Virus record (IMG/VR): IMGVR_UViG_3300007352_000013
Coordinates: 1-64,000 of that record
From: a virus
Reading direction: 5' to 3' (one strand)
DNA length: 64,000 nucleotides
Both the position numbers and the translations under genes were made by a program. The notes under the pieces are model-generated. The model worked only from the letters and a program-made list of their open reading frames with translations, ran no database searches and was not told the origin of the DNA. Each line of letters starts with the position of its first letter. Within the stretch, counting starts at the first letter, position 1. This document shows positions 29,765 to 40,787 of the stretch, one piece after another.

Positions 29765-31670
29765 AATTAGGAAAAATAATGTCGAATGATGTAGCTTTGT
29801 TTATTCATAGAGCGTTAATAAATTCTGGTAAAAGATCCGAATTAATACAGAAGTATAGTGGAACAAAATCTAATTGGCAATCAACAAGCGGTGTATTAAT
29901 TACATGTTCAGATTCAGAATTATTATTAGCCATTCTCAAAGAAGCTAAAATAAATTCATCTGCCCTATCGGATACTGTTTTTGATATAAAGAGTCTTAAT
30001 CAAGACGGAATTGGATTTAATAAAATTATTTACTGAGGTTATAATATGGGTAGTAAATTAAAAGAAATTACAGTATGTAAAATATCATATAAATGCCCCA
30101 AAACAAACAAACGGTGTTTTGAAATTTTTGACGCACATAAATGCATTAATAGTAATGCGCACGTTTATTCTGTTAACTGTTATGGAGGTCATGCTTCCTA
30201 TATTAAGATTTACAAATGCAAATCGTGTGGAAAGTTTCATGAGGCAGAATTACAATGAAGGTAAACTTTAAGTGCAAAGAATGTGGCTTTAATAAGATAG
30301 AAGAAGTTATGGAGGGTGTTAGAAAATATAGTATAATTTCACACGCAGAAATGACTGATACTAATTATGTAGGATTACAATATGGAGATTGTAACGACGA
30401 AGACGGCGAATTATTACATTATCAATGTGCAGGATGCGGTAATGAAATAGAGGGTTGCTGGAATCCAGAATCTCTATATAATTATCTTAAAAAAAATAAT
30501 ATGCTGGAGAAATAAATATGTCATATATAAGATGTACAACCAATCCTGAAAAACTATACTCATGGGATGATATAGACGGAAATATATACTTTAATTGGAC
30601 AGACAGAAGAGGAAAACATAAAAAAATATCTATAGACTCAAAAGTATTTAACCAATTCATGGTTGGACTCAAAATCGTTGATGGCTATGTTATGTGTGAA
30701 CCTTTAGTATATCAAAATATATCTATAAGAGAAATATTCTATAATGCAAGTAAAAATTGTATTTGCGAAAACCCTTTGGGAAATGGTAAACAAACAAAAG
30801 ATACGATTGAAATTTTAACATGTTTGCAAATAGGAAAAGAAAAATTATTGATGTACGATGTTACTTGGAATTATTTTTATCAAAATTATTTTTATTATAA
30901 ATCAGTAAAAGAATTATTATATGATCTTATAAAGATAATCTACCATAGAACTGGTAATTGGTTATTTGATTTGAACTATTCAATTAAGGAGAAAATTTTT
31001 GGTAAAAAAACATAAAATAATAGTAATTGTGGAGGGTGGTCTGATTCAAGATATTAGCAATATTCCAAAAGATATAGAGATAGAAGTTCATGACTATGAC
31101 TGCGATTCTGAACCAGATCCAAACAATAAGCATAATAATACCAGAGAAGATAGTGACGGTGCGTACTATTGGCAATCTACTTGGGAATAAAGAAAGGAAT
31201 TATATGGATCAAGTAAAAGAACAGGCATATAAAATAGAAATTGATGAAATTAATGGTAAATTTATTATTACAGCAAATATGGGAATAGCGGGTCCAATGG
31301 CAAATCAATTAAAACATACAAGTAATAAAAGAAAAGCCGCTTCAATTCTGCGAAAATTAGGTCATGACATTTCCGAAGCAGGAGATAGACTATATGGGAA
31401 CACATCAGATGACGAAAGAAAAACTTCTATCTAACTTAAGAGACATTCTACAAAAGCTAGATTGTGAATCAGATTCTCCTTTAACAAGAGAAAAATCATT
31501 AAAACACGATGATGAAATAGAAGTTCTTATCCAGCATATAAAAATTTTAGTGCAAGATCTTTTGCATGACAATCAATCTATGAGAAATGAGATGTTTGAT
31601 ATGCAAAAGCTTCTAGAGGGAAGGGATGATACGTACCCACCAGAAACATTTATATAATGGGAAACTTAGA

Positions 31671-33221
31671 ATGGAAAATTTTAAACAGAGCCTCCAAGAC
31701 TATATACTAAGCGGCCATGCCCTTCTGTATGTTTCTACGTATGAAAAAGAAAGATGCGCTAGCGACGTACATGATCATTGTAAAGAAATAAATAAAAGAA
31801 CGTTTGTATGGTCGGTAAGTGGAAATTGGACTGATATACTAGGAAATGTTATAGAAGGTCAAGGCAATTGTTTGCCACAATATGTCATTCCGGCAATATC
31901 AAAAATGCCAGAAAATTCTGTCTTTATTCTTAAGGAATTCTGGCCATATGTCCAAAATGGTGTGTTTAATGCGTGGGATATTGTTATTTCACAAATTTGT
32001 GAAATTAAAGAACAATTAAGCCATGATGGAAAAACCATTATATTTCTTGGACCAGAGTTCGAAATTCCGAATTCGTTAAGACATGACATAACTCTAATAG
32101 ATTTCTCTCTACCTGATAAAGAACAAATAAAAAATTCTATAATGTTTATATCAGAGGGAGTAGAAACTGGCAGTGATAAAAAATTCAAAATAGATGATTC
32201 TATTATGGATGATCTAATAGTAAGTTGTCAAGGTATGACAGCTTGTGAAATAACAGACAGAGTAGCATTAGCAATTAGAAAACACAAAACCATAAATACC
32301 GATGCAATTAAAACCATTTTAAGAGAAAAAGCTTCCGTTATTAAGTCATCTGGTCTTCTAACTTATATAGAACCACCGTCTGGTGGACTAAGTAATATAG
32401 GTGGATATGAAATACTTAAAAGAACAATCCTTTTAGATAAACCATGCTTCTCTGATGAAGCGAGAGAATTTGGAATCGAAAATCCGAAAGGAATACTTGA
32501 GGTAGGAATTCCCGGATGTGGCAAGACGGAAATAAGTAAATGTATTGCTTCCGAATTTAATAGACCACTTATAGGTTTGGATGTTGGATCTATAATGTCT
32601 TCTTATGTTGGTTCTTCTGAAAACAATATGAGGCAAGCCATAAAAGTTATAGAGAGTGTAGCGCCGTGCGTTTTACAACTAGACGAAATAGAGAAGGGAT
32701 TCGGCGGACAATCAGATCTTGATGGAGGATCATCTAAACGTGTGTTCGGAACCTTCCTCAAGTGGTTAAGCGAAAGAAAAAAGCCCGTTTATGTCGTAGC
32801 AACGGCAAATGATATTTCAGGACTACCACCCGAATTTTTCCGGTCTGGCAGGTTTGATTCAGTATTCTTTTTGGATCTTCCTAACGAACAAGAAAGAAAA
32901 ACTATACTAGAAATTCATCTTAATAGAAGAAACAGGGATGCCTCGTTATTTGATTTAAATTCATTATCAGAAATGACAAAGGATTATACTGGATCTGACT
33001 TAGAACAGATTGTTAAAGTTGCTCTAAAGATTGCTTTCTGTACAGATAAAAAATTAAAACAGGATCATTTAGAAATGGCAACACAATCGGTTATTCCTTT
33101 AGCTAAGATCGAACCGATTAGAATTCAATCTATTAGGGAATGGGGTCTGAAACATGCAAAACCAGCTAATAGTCAAATAGAAAAAGTGGCAGAAAAAAGG
33201 GGTAGAAAGGTCTCTGTATGA
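31671..33221 (+). CDS. AAA+ ATPase, Ycf46-like
   Basis: Walker A GIPGCGKT, Walker B LQLDEIEKG, ATANDISGLPPEFFRSGRFDSVFFLDLP; degenerate N-terminal domain. Confidence 0.88.
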   Translation: MENFKQSLQDYILSGHALLYVSTYEKERCASDVHDHCKEINKRTFVWSVSGNWTDILGNVIEGQGNCLPQYVIPAISKMPENSVFILKEFWPYVQNGVFNAWDIVISQICEIKEQLSHDGKTIIFLGPEFEIPNSLRHDITLIDFSLPDKEQIKNSIMFISEGVETGSDKKFKIDDSIMDDLIVSCQGMTACEITDRVALAIRKHKTINTDAIKTILREKASVIKSSGLLTYIEPPSGGLSNIGGYEILKRTILLDKPCFSDEAREFGIENPKGILEVGIPGCGKTEISKCIASEFNRPLIGLDVGSIMSSYVGSSENNMRQAIKVIESVAPCVLQLDEIEKGFGGQSDLDGGSSKRVFGTFLKWLSERKKPVYVVATANDISGLPPEFFRSGRFDSVFFLDLPNEQERKTILEIHLNRRNRDASLFDLNSLSEMTKDYTGSDLEQIVKVALKIAFCTDKKLKQDHLEMATQSVIPLAKIEPIRIQSIREWGLKHAKPANSQIEKVAEKRGRKVSV

Positions 33222-33485
33222 TTTTTGAATATAAATATAGCGTAGACAATGATTGTTATAAATTTACCTATAATTGCGAATTAAAATCTGAATTCCACAT
33301 TCCACATCTAAATGTATTGGCGCAAAAATGCGCTGAACATTATTTTAATAATTCTGATTCAGAATATCGTGAATGGCCAAAGGTATTTACTATATATAAT
33401 TCCGAGGGGGCTGAAGTTGGAAGGTTTGAAGTTGAAATGGAATTTGTCCCAAATTTTTATGCTTATGAGATAAAGGAAAATAAAC

Positions 33486-34448
33486 ATGGATAATAGTGAG
33501 ACCATTAATTTATTTGATGTAGGCTGTCTCGTATCCCTCAAGATAGGTGCGTGGTCCGGACGACGAATGATTTCGCGTTCCGATCTAGTAAGTGTAGGAA
33601 TTGATCCATCTGCACTTCCTACAGAATTAGTAAATTATGGTAGAAAACTTCTTGTTTCAAAATCCGAAATTCAAGCCATCACCAAAACAGAACAAAGAGC
33701 AAGATATTATCTGACTCAGTATTCTGTTCCTTTCGGAATAGCTAATGCATTTTTTATTCCAAATAAATTAATACCAGATGTAGAACATAACTTAAAAGAA
33801 TACAAAAAAGAATTCTTTCAAACGGTAGATAGTTTTATAGTTAGATTTAATGATCTAAAGCAACAAGTAAAAGATAAACACCCAGAATTTTTCGAAAAAT
33901 GTCTTAAAAGATTTTATCCAGAAACACCAGAATCGTTGCGGTCACGCTTCTATTTTGACTGGCATCTCTTTAAGATTAGCGGTATAAATTCAATTGAAAA
34001 TACAACATCAGAAGAAATAAATGAAAAGAATAAAATTATCAAAGAAAAAATGCAAAAAGAAGCGAACCTATTCGTTTCAGAATACGTAGAAGGAATGCGA
34101 TCAGAAGTAATTCGGTTCTGTGATTTGATCAAGGCCAGGATTAACGGAACTCCATACGGAGAAGAATCCGAAGCCAAGAAACTCTCTCCTAAAACGCTTA
34201 CGTCATTTCGTAAATATATTGAAAAATTTAAAATGCTTAATATATTTGGCGACACCGAAATTGATACATTATTAAATCAATTTAAAGAACAATTTCTTGA
34301 TGCAGAATTTAATGGAAAAACATTAGAGAGTGGCGCTTTACAACAAGCTATTTTAAGTTCAACTTCTGTTATCAGGAAAGCGGCCTCTATGGAAAATGAA
34401 GCTACGAGTCAATTCATAAAAAGTCTGAAAAGAAAGGTCGTCATATGA
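33486..34448 (+). CDS. Conserved helical hypothetical protein (DUF3150-like)
   Basis: LKIGAWSGRR, GRKLL, FFIPN, FDWHLFKI pattern; near the AAA ATPase. Confidence 0.45.
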   Translation: MDNSETINLFDVGCLVSLKIGAWSGRRMISRSDLVSVGIDPSALPTELVNYGRKLLVSKSEIQAITKTEQRARYYLTQYSVPFGIANAFFIPNKLIPDVEHNLKEYKKEFFQTVDSFIVRFNDLKQQVKDKHPEFFEKCLKRFYPETPESLRSRFYFDWHLFKISGINSIENTTSEEINEKNKIIKEKMQKEANLFVSEYVEGMRSEVIRFCDLIKARINGTPYGEESEAKKLSPKTLTSFRKYIEKFKMLNIFGDTEIDTLLNQFKEQFLDAEFNGKTLESGALQQAILSSTSVIRKAASMENEATSQFIKSLKRKVVI

Positions 34449-35318
34449 GAATTGAAAAGACAGTAGAGTTTATTGATATGCCACATGACGCACAACAAGA
34501 ATGTTCCCAAGAAGCACACAACTATTCATACATCAGAGTTTATTTAAAGGGTCATAATGATTATTATCCAAAAACAATAAAATGGCTTTTAGAAAATGGT
34601 GCATGTTTAGAAGATAAGTCTGTATTAGTTTTAATTTCTTGGTAGAGGATTACATCGGAATGCGCCTGGAACTAACAGAAAGGATTTAAAATGAGAACTG
34701 GATGGAATATTAATACTATATTAGAATTTAAAAAAATAAATAAATGCAATGAATGTTTTGATTTAATAATAACATATTGCAGTGCACATAATTCAGACTC
34801 AAAAATGCAAATACATATTCCATCTATAAATAATAAAGATCTATCTAACATAATAGAAGAAATATATAGAATAATGGGAGAATAAATTATGAATTGGTGT
34901 ACCACAAAAGAATTAATTGAACAATTCGATGATTATTATGAAGTATTAAATAGAAAAGAAACTCAACAATCTTTAAAAGAATTTGTATTAAATAAAGAAA
35001 ATCCTCTAAAAGAAAGATTTAGAGTTTGGGAAGAATACTGTAAAAAAATAGATGATCCTTGGATTATCCATAGTGGGGAGTACGGGATTATAGGAGAAAT
35101 GATTGATAAATGTTACCCTTGTGAATATGACAGACATAGAGAATATAATTATGAAGTTTTTCTATCTTGGATAGTAGACGCTAATGAAGATGAATATGAA
35201 AGTGAATTATGGAAAGAAACAATGAAAAATACCGAACTCCCATCGGTTGATCAATTTAAAGAAATGTTAATTCAAACTAATTTTGGTAGCTTTAATATGG
35301 ATTGGTAAGGAGGAATAA

Positions 35319-35576
35319 ATGAAATTGAATTTAAGAGATAAATCCAAATTAGTAACAATAGGATCATTAATGCCCGGAGAATGCTTCAAATATTGGCCAA
35401 ATCCCAAAACTTGCCCAGAAACATATTGTGTATGCATTAAGACCGATGGAAGATTTTGTTTAACGGATTGTAGAGATTTTTATCCATCAAGATATGTAGT
35501 ATTAACTACGGGTGAAGAGAATGGTTCTAAAAATGGAACTTTAGTTGAACCGTTAGATTTAACGGCTGGAGATTAA
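35319..35576 (+). CDS. Small beta-rich paralog-family protein
   Basis: VTIGSLMPGECFKY...CIKTDGRF...LTTG...VEPL. Confidence 0.65.
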   Translation: MKLNLRDKSKLVTIGSLMPGECFKYWPNPKTCPETYCVCIKTDGRFCLTDCRDFYPSRYVVLTTGEENGSKNGTLVEPLDLTAGD

Positions 35577-35578
35577 TA

Positions 35579-35995
35579 ATGTCTAGTTACTGTAATGTTG
35601 AAACGCAATTTAAGAACCAAGAAGCATTAACCTTGGCTTTAATTGAAACCGGAAAATGGTCTAAAGATCAAATAGAGGTTCATTCTGAACCAAAAAACCT
35701 TTATGGTTATCATAATGATATTAGATCTGATAAAGCACATATAATAATTAGAAGAAAATATATAGGTGGATCATCTAATGATATTGGTTTTCTTAAAACA
35801 GAAGAAGGAACATATACAGCTATTATATCAGAATTCGATAAACGATCTATGGGATATAATGATAAATGGTTGGCTTCCCTGAAAGGGAACTATGCGTATC
35901 ATACTATAAAACAGCAACAAGAAAGCAGGGGTCGTATGGTAACTCGTGAACATATAGGCAATAAACAAAGAATATCTATAAAAGGATATAGATAA
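35579..35995 (+). CDS. DUF1257 (Ycf35-like) protein
   Basis: MSSYCNVETQFKNQEALTLAL, LYGY, AHIIIRR, NDIGF motifs. Confidence 0.75.
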   Translation: MSSYCNVETQFKNQEALTLALIETGKWSKDQIEVHSEPKNLYGYHNDIRSDKAHIIIRRKYIGGSSNDIGFLKTEEGTYTAIISEFDKRSMGYNDKWLASLKGNYAYHTIKQQQESRGRMVTREHIGNKQRISIKGYR

Positions 35996-36275
35996 TGAGA
36001 TTGCAAATTAAAAATTGGTCATTAGAAATAATGTATGAAAAAATTTCTACATTAAAAATGATTTTTATATTATTGGGTCACGATAAATGGAGAAGCAAAA
36101 AAACTTATACTTTTTTTAGGCATAATGAATATACAAAAAATAGTCCTCTTAAAGAATACAAAAGCGTAAAAATATTAAGATGGCCAAAATGGTTTAATTT
36201 ATCATCTTTTTATATAGATTTAAATAAACATAATATTCCATTCATGTTTCATTTCATATTTGATAAGGGGGATTA

Positions 36276-37253
36276 ATGTTTTACCAATCATATGGTTTCT
36301 CTGATGTAGCAATAAAACAAAAGATGAACGTTTGTTCATCTAGGCAAGACGTTAAAATAGAGAGTGAGATAATTAGGGGAATAATTAGACCGATTCCCAT
36401 TATAGCTTCAAATATGTCTACTGTAACCAACCCCGAATTTTGCATAAAATTGTACAAATGCGGTGCGATGGGAGTTTTACATAGGGCTTTCGAAGATAAT
36501 TCTGAATATATAAGAGAGGTAACAAGAATTGCAAAAGAAATACCAATAGTATCCGTCTCTGTAGGGGTTAAAGATAGTGATTATTTGTTATTAGATCAAT
36601 TAGTTAGGGCTGGTGCCAACTGCATAGTCGTAGATATAGCAAATGGATTTTGTGAGAATGTATTACAAATATGTAAACACATAAGAACTCTATATCCATT
36701 AGTTAGGATTGTTGCAGGAAATACAGTTAATCCTAATGCGATAGAATTTTTTGGTGATAATATTGACGCATTAAAATGTGGTATAGCATCCGGGTTTGTA
36801 TGTGAAACCAAAAACACTAGCGGTTGTTATAAACCTCAGTTTAGCGCCGTTTATGATATGAAAGAAAAGGCTCATAAATACGGAATGCCAATTATATCTG
36901 ATGGTGGAATTCGCGAGCCTGCCGATTTTTCCAAAAGTATTGGCGCTGGAGCATCATCAGTAATGGCCGGATCAATCTTCGCTAGATGTCCAGAAAGTGC
37001 TGGAGAAATTGTAGAAATAGATGGTCTTAAAAAGAAGATATATTCGGGCATGAGTAGCAGAAAAGTTCAAGAAAAATGGAGGGGTAAAGTACATAATAAT
37101 TGTCCAGAAGGAAAAACCGTTTTTCTCGATGTTGGAGAATCTGTTGAAAATTTATTAGCTAGATATGCTGGCGCTTTACGGTCTGGCATTTCATATGCTG
37201 GATTCAATAATATAGAAGATTTTAAGAATGAATGTGAATTTATTTTGATTTGA
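36276..37253 (+). CDS. IMP dehydrogenase / GMP reductase family protein (no CBS domains)
   Basis: PIIASNMSTV, VVDIANG, KCGIASGFVCET, IISDGGIR, VMAGS, YSGMSS, PEGK, LRSGISYAG. Confidence 0.88.
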   Translation: MFYQSYGFSDVAIKQKMNVCSSRQDVKIESEIIRGIIRPIPIIASNMSTVTNPEFCIKLYKCGAMGVLHRAFEDNSEYIREVTRIAKEIPIVSVSVGVKDSDYLLLDQLVRAGANCIVVDIANGFCENVLQICKHIRTLYPLVRIVAGNTVNPNAIEFFGDNIDALKCGIASGFVCETKNTSGCYKPQFSAVYDMKEKAHKYGMPIISDGGIREPADFSKSIGAGASSVMAGSIFARCPESAGEIVEIDGLKKKIYSGMSSRKVQEKWRGKVHNNCPEGKTVFLDVGESVENLLARYAGALRSGISYAGFNNIEDFKNECEFILI

Positions 37254-37263
37254 AAGGATTAAT

Positions 37264-37482
37264 ATGAAAATAGAAATTTTATCAGAAAAAGAAGCCAGAC
37301 GTATTGGCTCTATTAATTTTGGTTCATGTGTTGCTTTAGATGGTTCATATTATATTATATCGGAACTTGCAATAGATACAAATAACGTATATATCATTGA
37401 TTTATCTTCTGGCTTAAAAAGAATTATATCACTTGATACTAAAGTACGTGTAATGGATAATGCCAAAATTGTTATTCCATAA
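37264..37482 (+). CDS. Small beta-rich paralog-family protein
   Basis: IGSINFGSCVALDGSYYIIS...DLSSG...DTKVRVMDNAKI. Confidence 0.7.
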   Translation: MKIEILSEKEARRIGSINFGSCVALDGSYYIISELAIDTNNVYIIDLSSGLKRIISLDTKVRVMDNAKIVIP

Positions 37483-37496
37483 TAACGAGAACAAAA

Positions 37497-37832
37497 ATGT
37501 TAAATAAAAATATGGTATTTTGTTTTACAGGAAAGGGGCCAATGCCCCGTAGCCAAATGGAGGCTATGGCTATTAATGCTGGCGCATCAGTTACAAAATC
37601 TGTAAACAACAGAACAACTATATTGGTTATAATGGATATGGATAGCCAATCAACAAAAGCAAGAAAAGCTCGCGAGAATGGAATAGATTTGATTGGCCCA
37701 GAAACATTTATTTCAATGTGCAATTCTCATATAAAAAATAATGTGTCTTCTGAAAACAAAGTTAAGATTGAAAAGAAGATTATTGCAGAACAAGTTAAAA
37801 AACAACCTCTAATAAGGAAAATAATTCTATGA
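37497..37832 (+). CDS. Stand-alone BRCT domain protein (LigA C-terminus-like)
   Basis: FCFTGK...GASVTKSVNNRTTILV...STKARKARENGIDLI. Confidence 0.82.
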   Translation: MLNKNMVFCFTGKGPMPRSQMEAMAINAGASVTKSVNNRTTILVIMDMDSQSTKARKARENGIDLIGPETFISMCNSHIKNNVSSENKVKIEKKIIAEQVKKQPLIRKIIL

Positions 37833-38019
37833 AGAAAAGAATGGCTGGCAAAAGAATAAATGGAAAATGGACACCCGAACCTTGCTCGTCTTGCCAAAAA
37901 ATCCCCGCCTTTGTAAAAGTGGGTGGAATATTCTGTAAAAAGTGCGGAAAAGGGAAAGCCGATGTTGGATCAGTTAAATCACCAATTCCAGAACCGTTTG
38001 TAGAATTGTTCCCTGTATA

Positions 38020-38292
38020 ATGGAGATCTATATGATTCCGTGTATCGAAATTGACGAAAATGGAAATATTTCTACTTTATATAATGACTTTGTAGACCTT
38101 TACGAAGTCGGTAGAGTCCATAATGTTCGTAAAGCCAGCTATGTCGAATTTGCAGAAGAAAAACAAGAATGGCAAATAATTTCTGCTAAAACTAGCGAAG
38201 TTTTAGCTTCTGACAAAAATAGAGAAAAAGCTATTGACAAGGAAATTGAGATGTTCCAGCCCGGTGGGGTTATGTATGACAACAATAATTAG
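38020..38292 (+). CDS. Conserved small protein likely linked to the AAA/DUF1257/DUF2997 module
   Basis: IEIDENGNISTLYNDFVDL...RKASYVEF...W...REKAIDKEI. Confidence 0.45.
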   Translation: MEIYMIPCIEIDENGNISTLYNDFVDLYEVGRVHNVRKASYVEFAEEKQEWQIISAKTSEVLASDKNREKAIDKEIEMFQPGGVMYDNNN

Positions 38293-39568
38293 TATATTAT
38301 TTTTATTATCGGTATCATGTTTTGCCGCTTCATTCGTATTCGGCGGGAAATACAGGCTTTTTGAACCCATTCTCATGGTATTAGGGGTCTTTCTTTTGTT
38401 AGCCATGTGTATAGGTGGTATTCTTTATTATTGGAATTAAAATTATGAAAACAACTGATGGATTTAAAGTTAAAAAGGAAAATACCTATTTTATAGTTAA
38501 ACCCTTTGAAATAATTGAAACTAAGTGCGAAACTGTGCATTATAGTAAGTTATTCGGAAATTATGTTTGTTATTTTCATGATTCTTATGACTCATTTTCT
38601 CCAGTAATGTTGAAAGGAATGGTATATAAATCCAAAGAAAAAGCGATAGAGAGACTTAAGAAAATACTAAAAAATAATATAAAAAGTCATGAAAAATCTA
38701 TAAAAGAATCCAAAGAAAAATTGGAGGCATTAAATGCATGAATCTAATTCTTACGCAAAAATAGATAAAGAAAAATTAATTAGTTTTTGTAAAGATTTTA
38801 TAGAGATAATAGAAAAACATCAAAAAGATAAAAATGAAGAAATTTTATCCGATTTTATCGAAAAATATAATAAAAGATGGTATAGACGTAAAAAGAATAT
38901 AACTAGAGATCAAGCACATAAAAAAATAATAACTAGTAGTATGTATTCGTGGATGTATTATCCTTGTCATGACTATGATAATCAAAAGAAATTGGCAGAA
39001 AAAATATTGAATTTATGTAATTGTTCTATTGAAGATACTGTTAATGTTACAGCAGAAGATTTGAATTTTATTCATTATAAAGAAAATGATTAATGACAAC
39101 TAAAGAAAAAATGGATGGTTATTTTTCGATGTTCAATTGTCATGTAAATAATGCTTTTGATAAAGCATCAATTTCTTTTATTGAAAAATTTGGAGCAATA
39201 AGATATTGCGAAACTATTGCTAAATATTGGAATCAAGGTATTATGTCTATTTTTCATGATCCTCCAACAGAAGAAACAAAGTTCTTTGTTGACACAATAA
39301 ATGGAGTAGTAAATGAAAGATAAAATAATATATGGTGCAGCCATTAATCTTGTTGGAATTTGGGGTCCAAAAAAGATGGTATGGCATAATAGGTGTAAAC
39401 AATATTATGATAATTCTGGAAATTTTAGTATTGACAAATTGGGTCTAAATGAAAAAGATGGCATAACAGAATTTTCTTCAACAAATAAAAAAGAAGTAGA
39501 GTTGTGGGTTGAAGGTGCAAAGGCAGCGTTTAAAAGAATAAATATACTTACCAAATAGGAGAAAGTAA

Positions 39569-39751
39569 ATGCCTAAATTTAAAATTAAGTGGCACGGCGT
39601 ACAAAATGTGAATGGTGAAGTAATTGTGCAAGCAAAAGACGAAGAAGAAGCTATCGAAGTGGTTCAAGACGACCCGGAAGCAGGAGAACCAGAAATTGAA
39701 TGTTTTGGTCTAGACGATATAGAAGTAGATGAATGCGAAGAAATTAAGTAG
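39569..39751 (+). CDS. Acidic microprotein (DpnD/PcfM-like pattern)
   Basis: KFKIKW...VIVQAKDEEEAIEVV; 19 D/E in 60 aa. Confidence 0.6.
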   Translation: MPKFKIKWHGVQNVNGEVIVQAKDEEEAIEVVQDDPEAGEPEIECFGLDDIEVDECEEIK

Positions 39752-39796
39752 AAATTTATAACCAACTTATCAAACTCTCTACTATAGGGGTGCTAA

Positions 39797-39976
39797 ATGA
39801 AAAGATTTAGGATTGAATGGTCAGCAACAATACATGGAACAACTCATGTTCAAGCCGAAAATGAAGACGAAGTATATGATATGACTGATGATTTAGATAC
39901 ATCAGAAATAAATGATACAAAAGATATTTGTATAGATTACGTAGAAGAACTAGAAGTAGAAGAAGGAGATGCTTAA
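39797..39976 (+). CDS. Acidic microprotein, tandem paralog (below the ORF-track cutoff)
   Basis: Read by eye: MKRFRIEWSATIHGTTHVQAENEDEVYD...; 19 D/E in 59 aa. Confidence 0.6.
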   Translation: MKRFRIEWSATIHGTTHVQAENEDEVYDMTDDLDTSEINDTKDICIDYVEELEVEEGDA

Positions 39977-40290
39977 ATGGCCCTATTAACATCAAAATAT
40001 AAAGTTATGTTTTATCATAAAACTCTTGCTACAGAAGATCTATATGATATTCATGGAATCCAAGGTCTTCCGTGGGAAGAATCTAGAAGATGTACTATAG
40101 CAAAATTATTTGATATTAAAACTAATGAACAATGCAACGAATATATTGCAATATGCAATCCATTGGATAATTTTAGTAAATCGTTAGGAAGAAAATCTTC
40201 CTTACAAGGTTTGCTTTGTACAATAACAAATAAAAAAGAACGTAAAGAAATATGGAATGAATACTATAAACAATTCCCAAGGAGAAATAC

Positions 40291-40488
40291 ATGCTATCAA
40301 AAGAAATAATTATTGAGATTGATGAAAATGGTAATTGTTCGCTAGACGGCAAAGGTTTTATTGGTCCAGAATGTGAAAAGGCTATGGCAGAAATAGAATC
40401 GGTTCTTGGTAGAACTGTTAATAAAGTTCATAAGCCAGAATATTCTATGATTAATAGAACAAACGTTAGGAATAAAGAAAGGGCTTAA
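40291..40488 (+). CDS. DUF2997 family protein
   Basis: IIIEIDENGNCSLDGKGFIGPECEKAMAEIESVLG...KPEY. Confidence 0.75.
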   Translation: MLSKEIIIEIDENGNCSLDGKGFIGPECEKAMAEIESVLGRTVNKVHKPEYSMINRTNVRNKERA

Positions 40489-40490
40489 TA

Positions 40491-40787
40491 ATGAAAGAAT
40501 TGATCGGATATATAGGAGTAGATGCTGGTTGTGTCTGGGTGGGAGATCCGTGCTATTGTGTCACGCCAGATTGCGATAGTCATCCAGCAAAAACTTGGTC
40601 AGAATTTTGTAAAAAACTAGAAGATGGTAATTTTTTTGAAAAAGATTTTAAATCTTTCGGTAACGATAATGTTTCAGAAGGAATTGGAATATGTATCGCA
40701 ACCGCACACGGAGATGGTGAATATCCCGTTTATTTAAAAAGAAATAAGGATGGAAGACCATCTCGATTAATTATTAATCTTGAATAG
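40491..40787 (+). CDS. Conserved hypothetical protein (DUF4241-like)
   Basis: IGVDAGCVWVGDPCY...TAHGDGEYPVY. Confidence 0.5.
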   Translation: MKELIGYIGVDAGCVWVGDPCYCVTPDCDSHPAKTWSEFCKKLEDGNFFEKDFKSFGNDNVSEGIGICIATAHGDGEYPVYLKRNKDGRPSRLIINLE

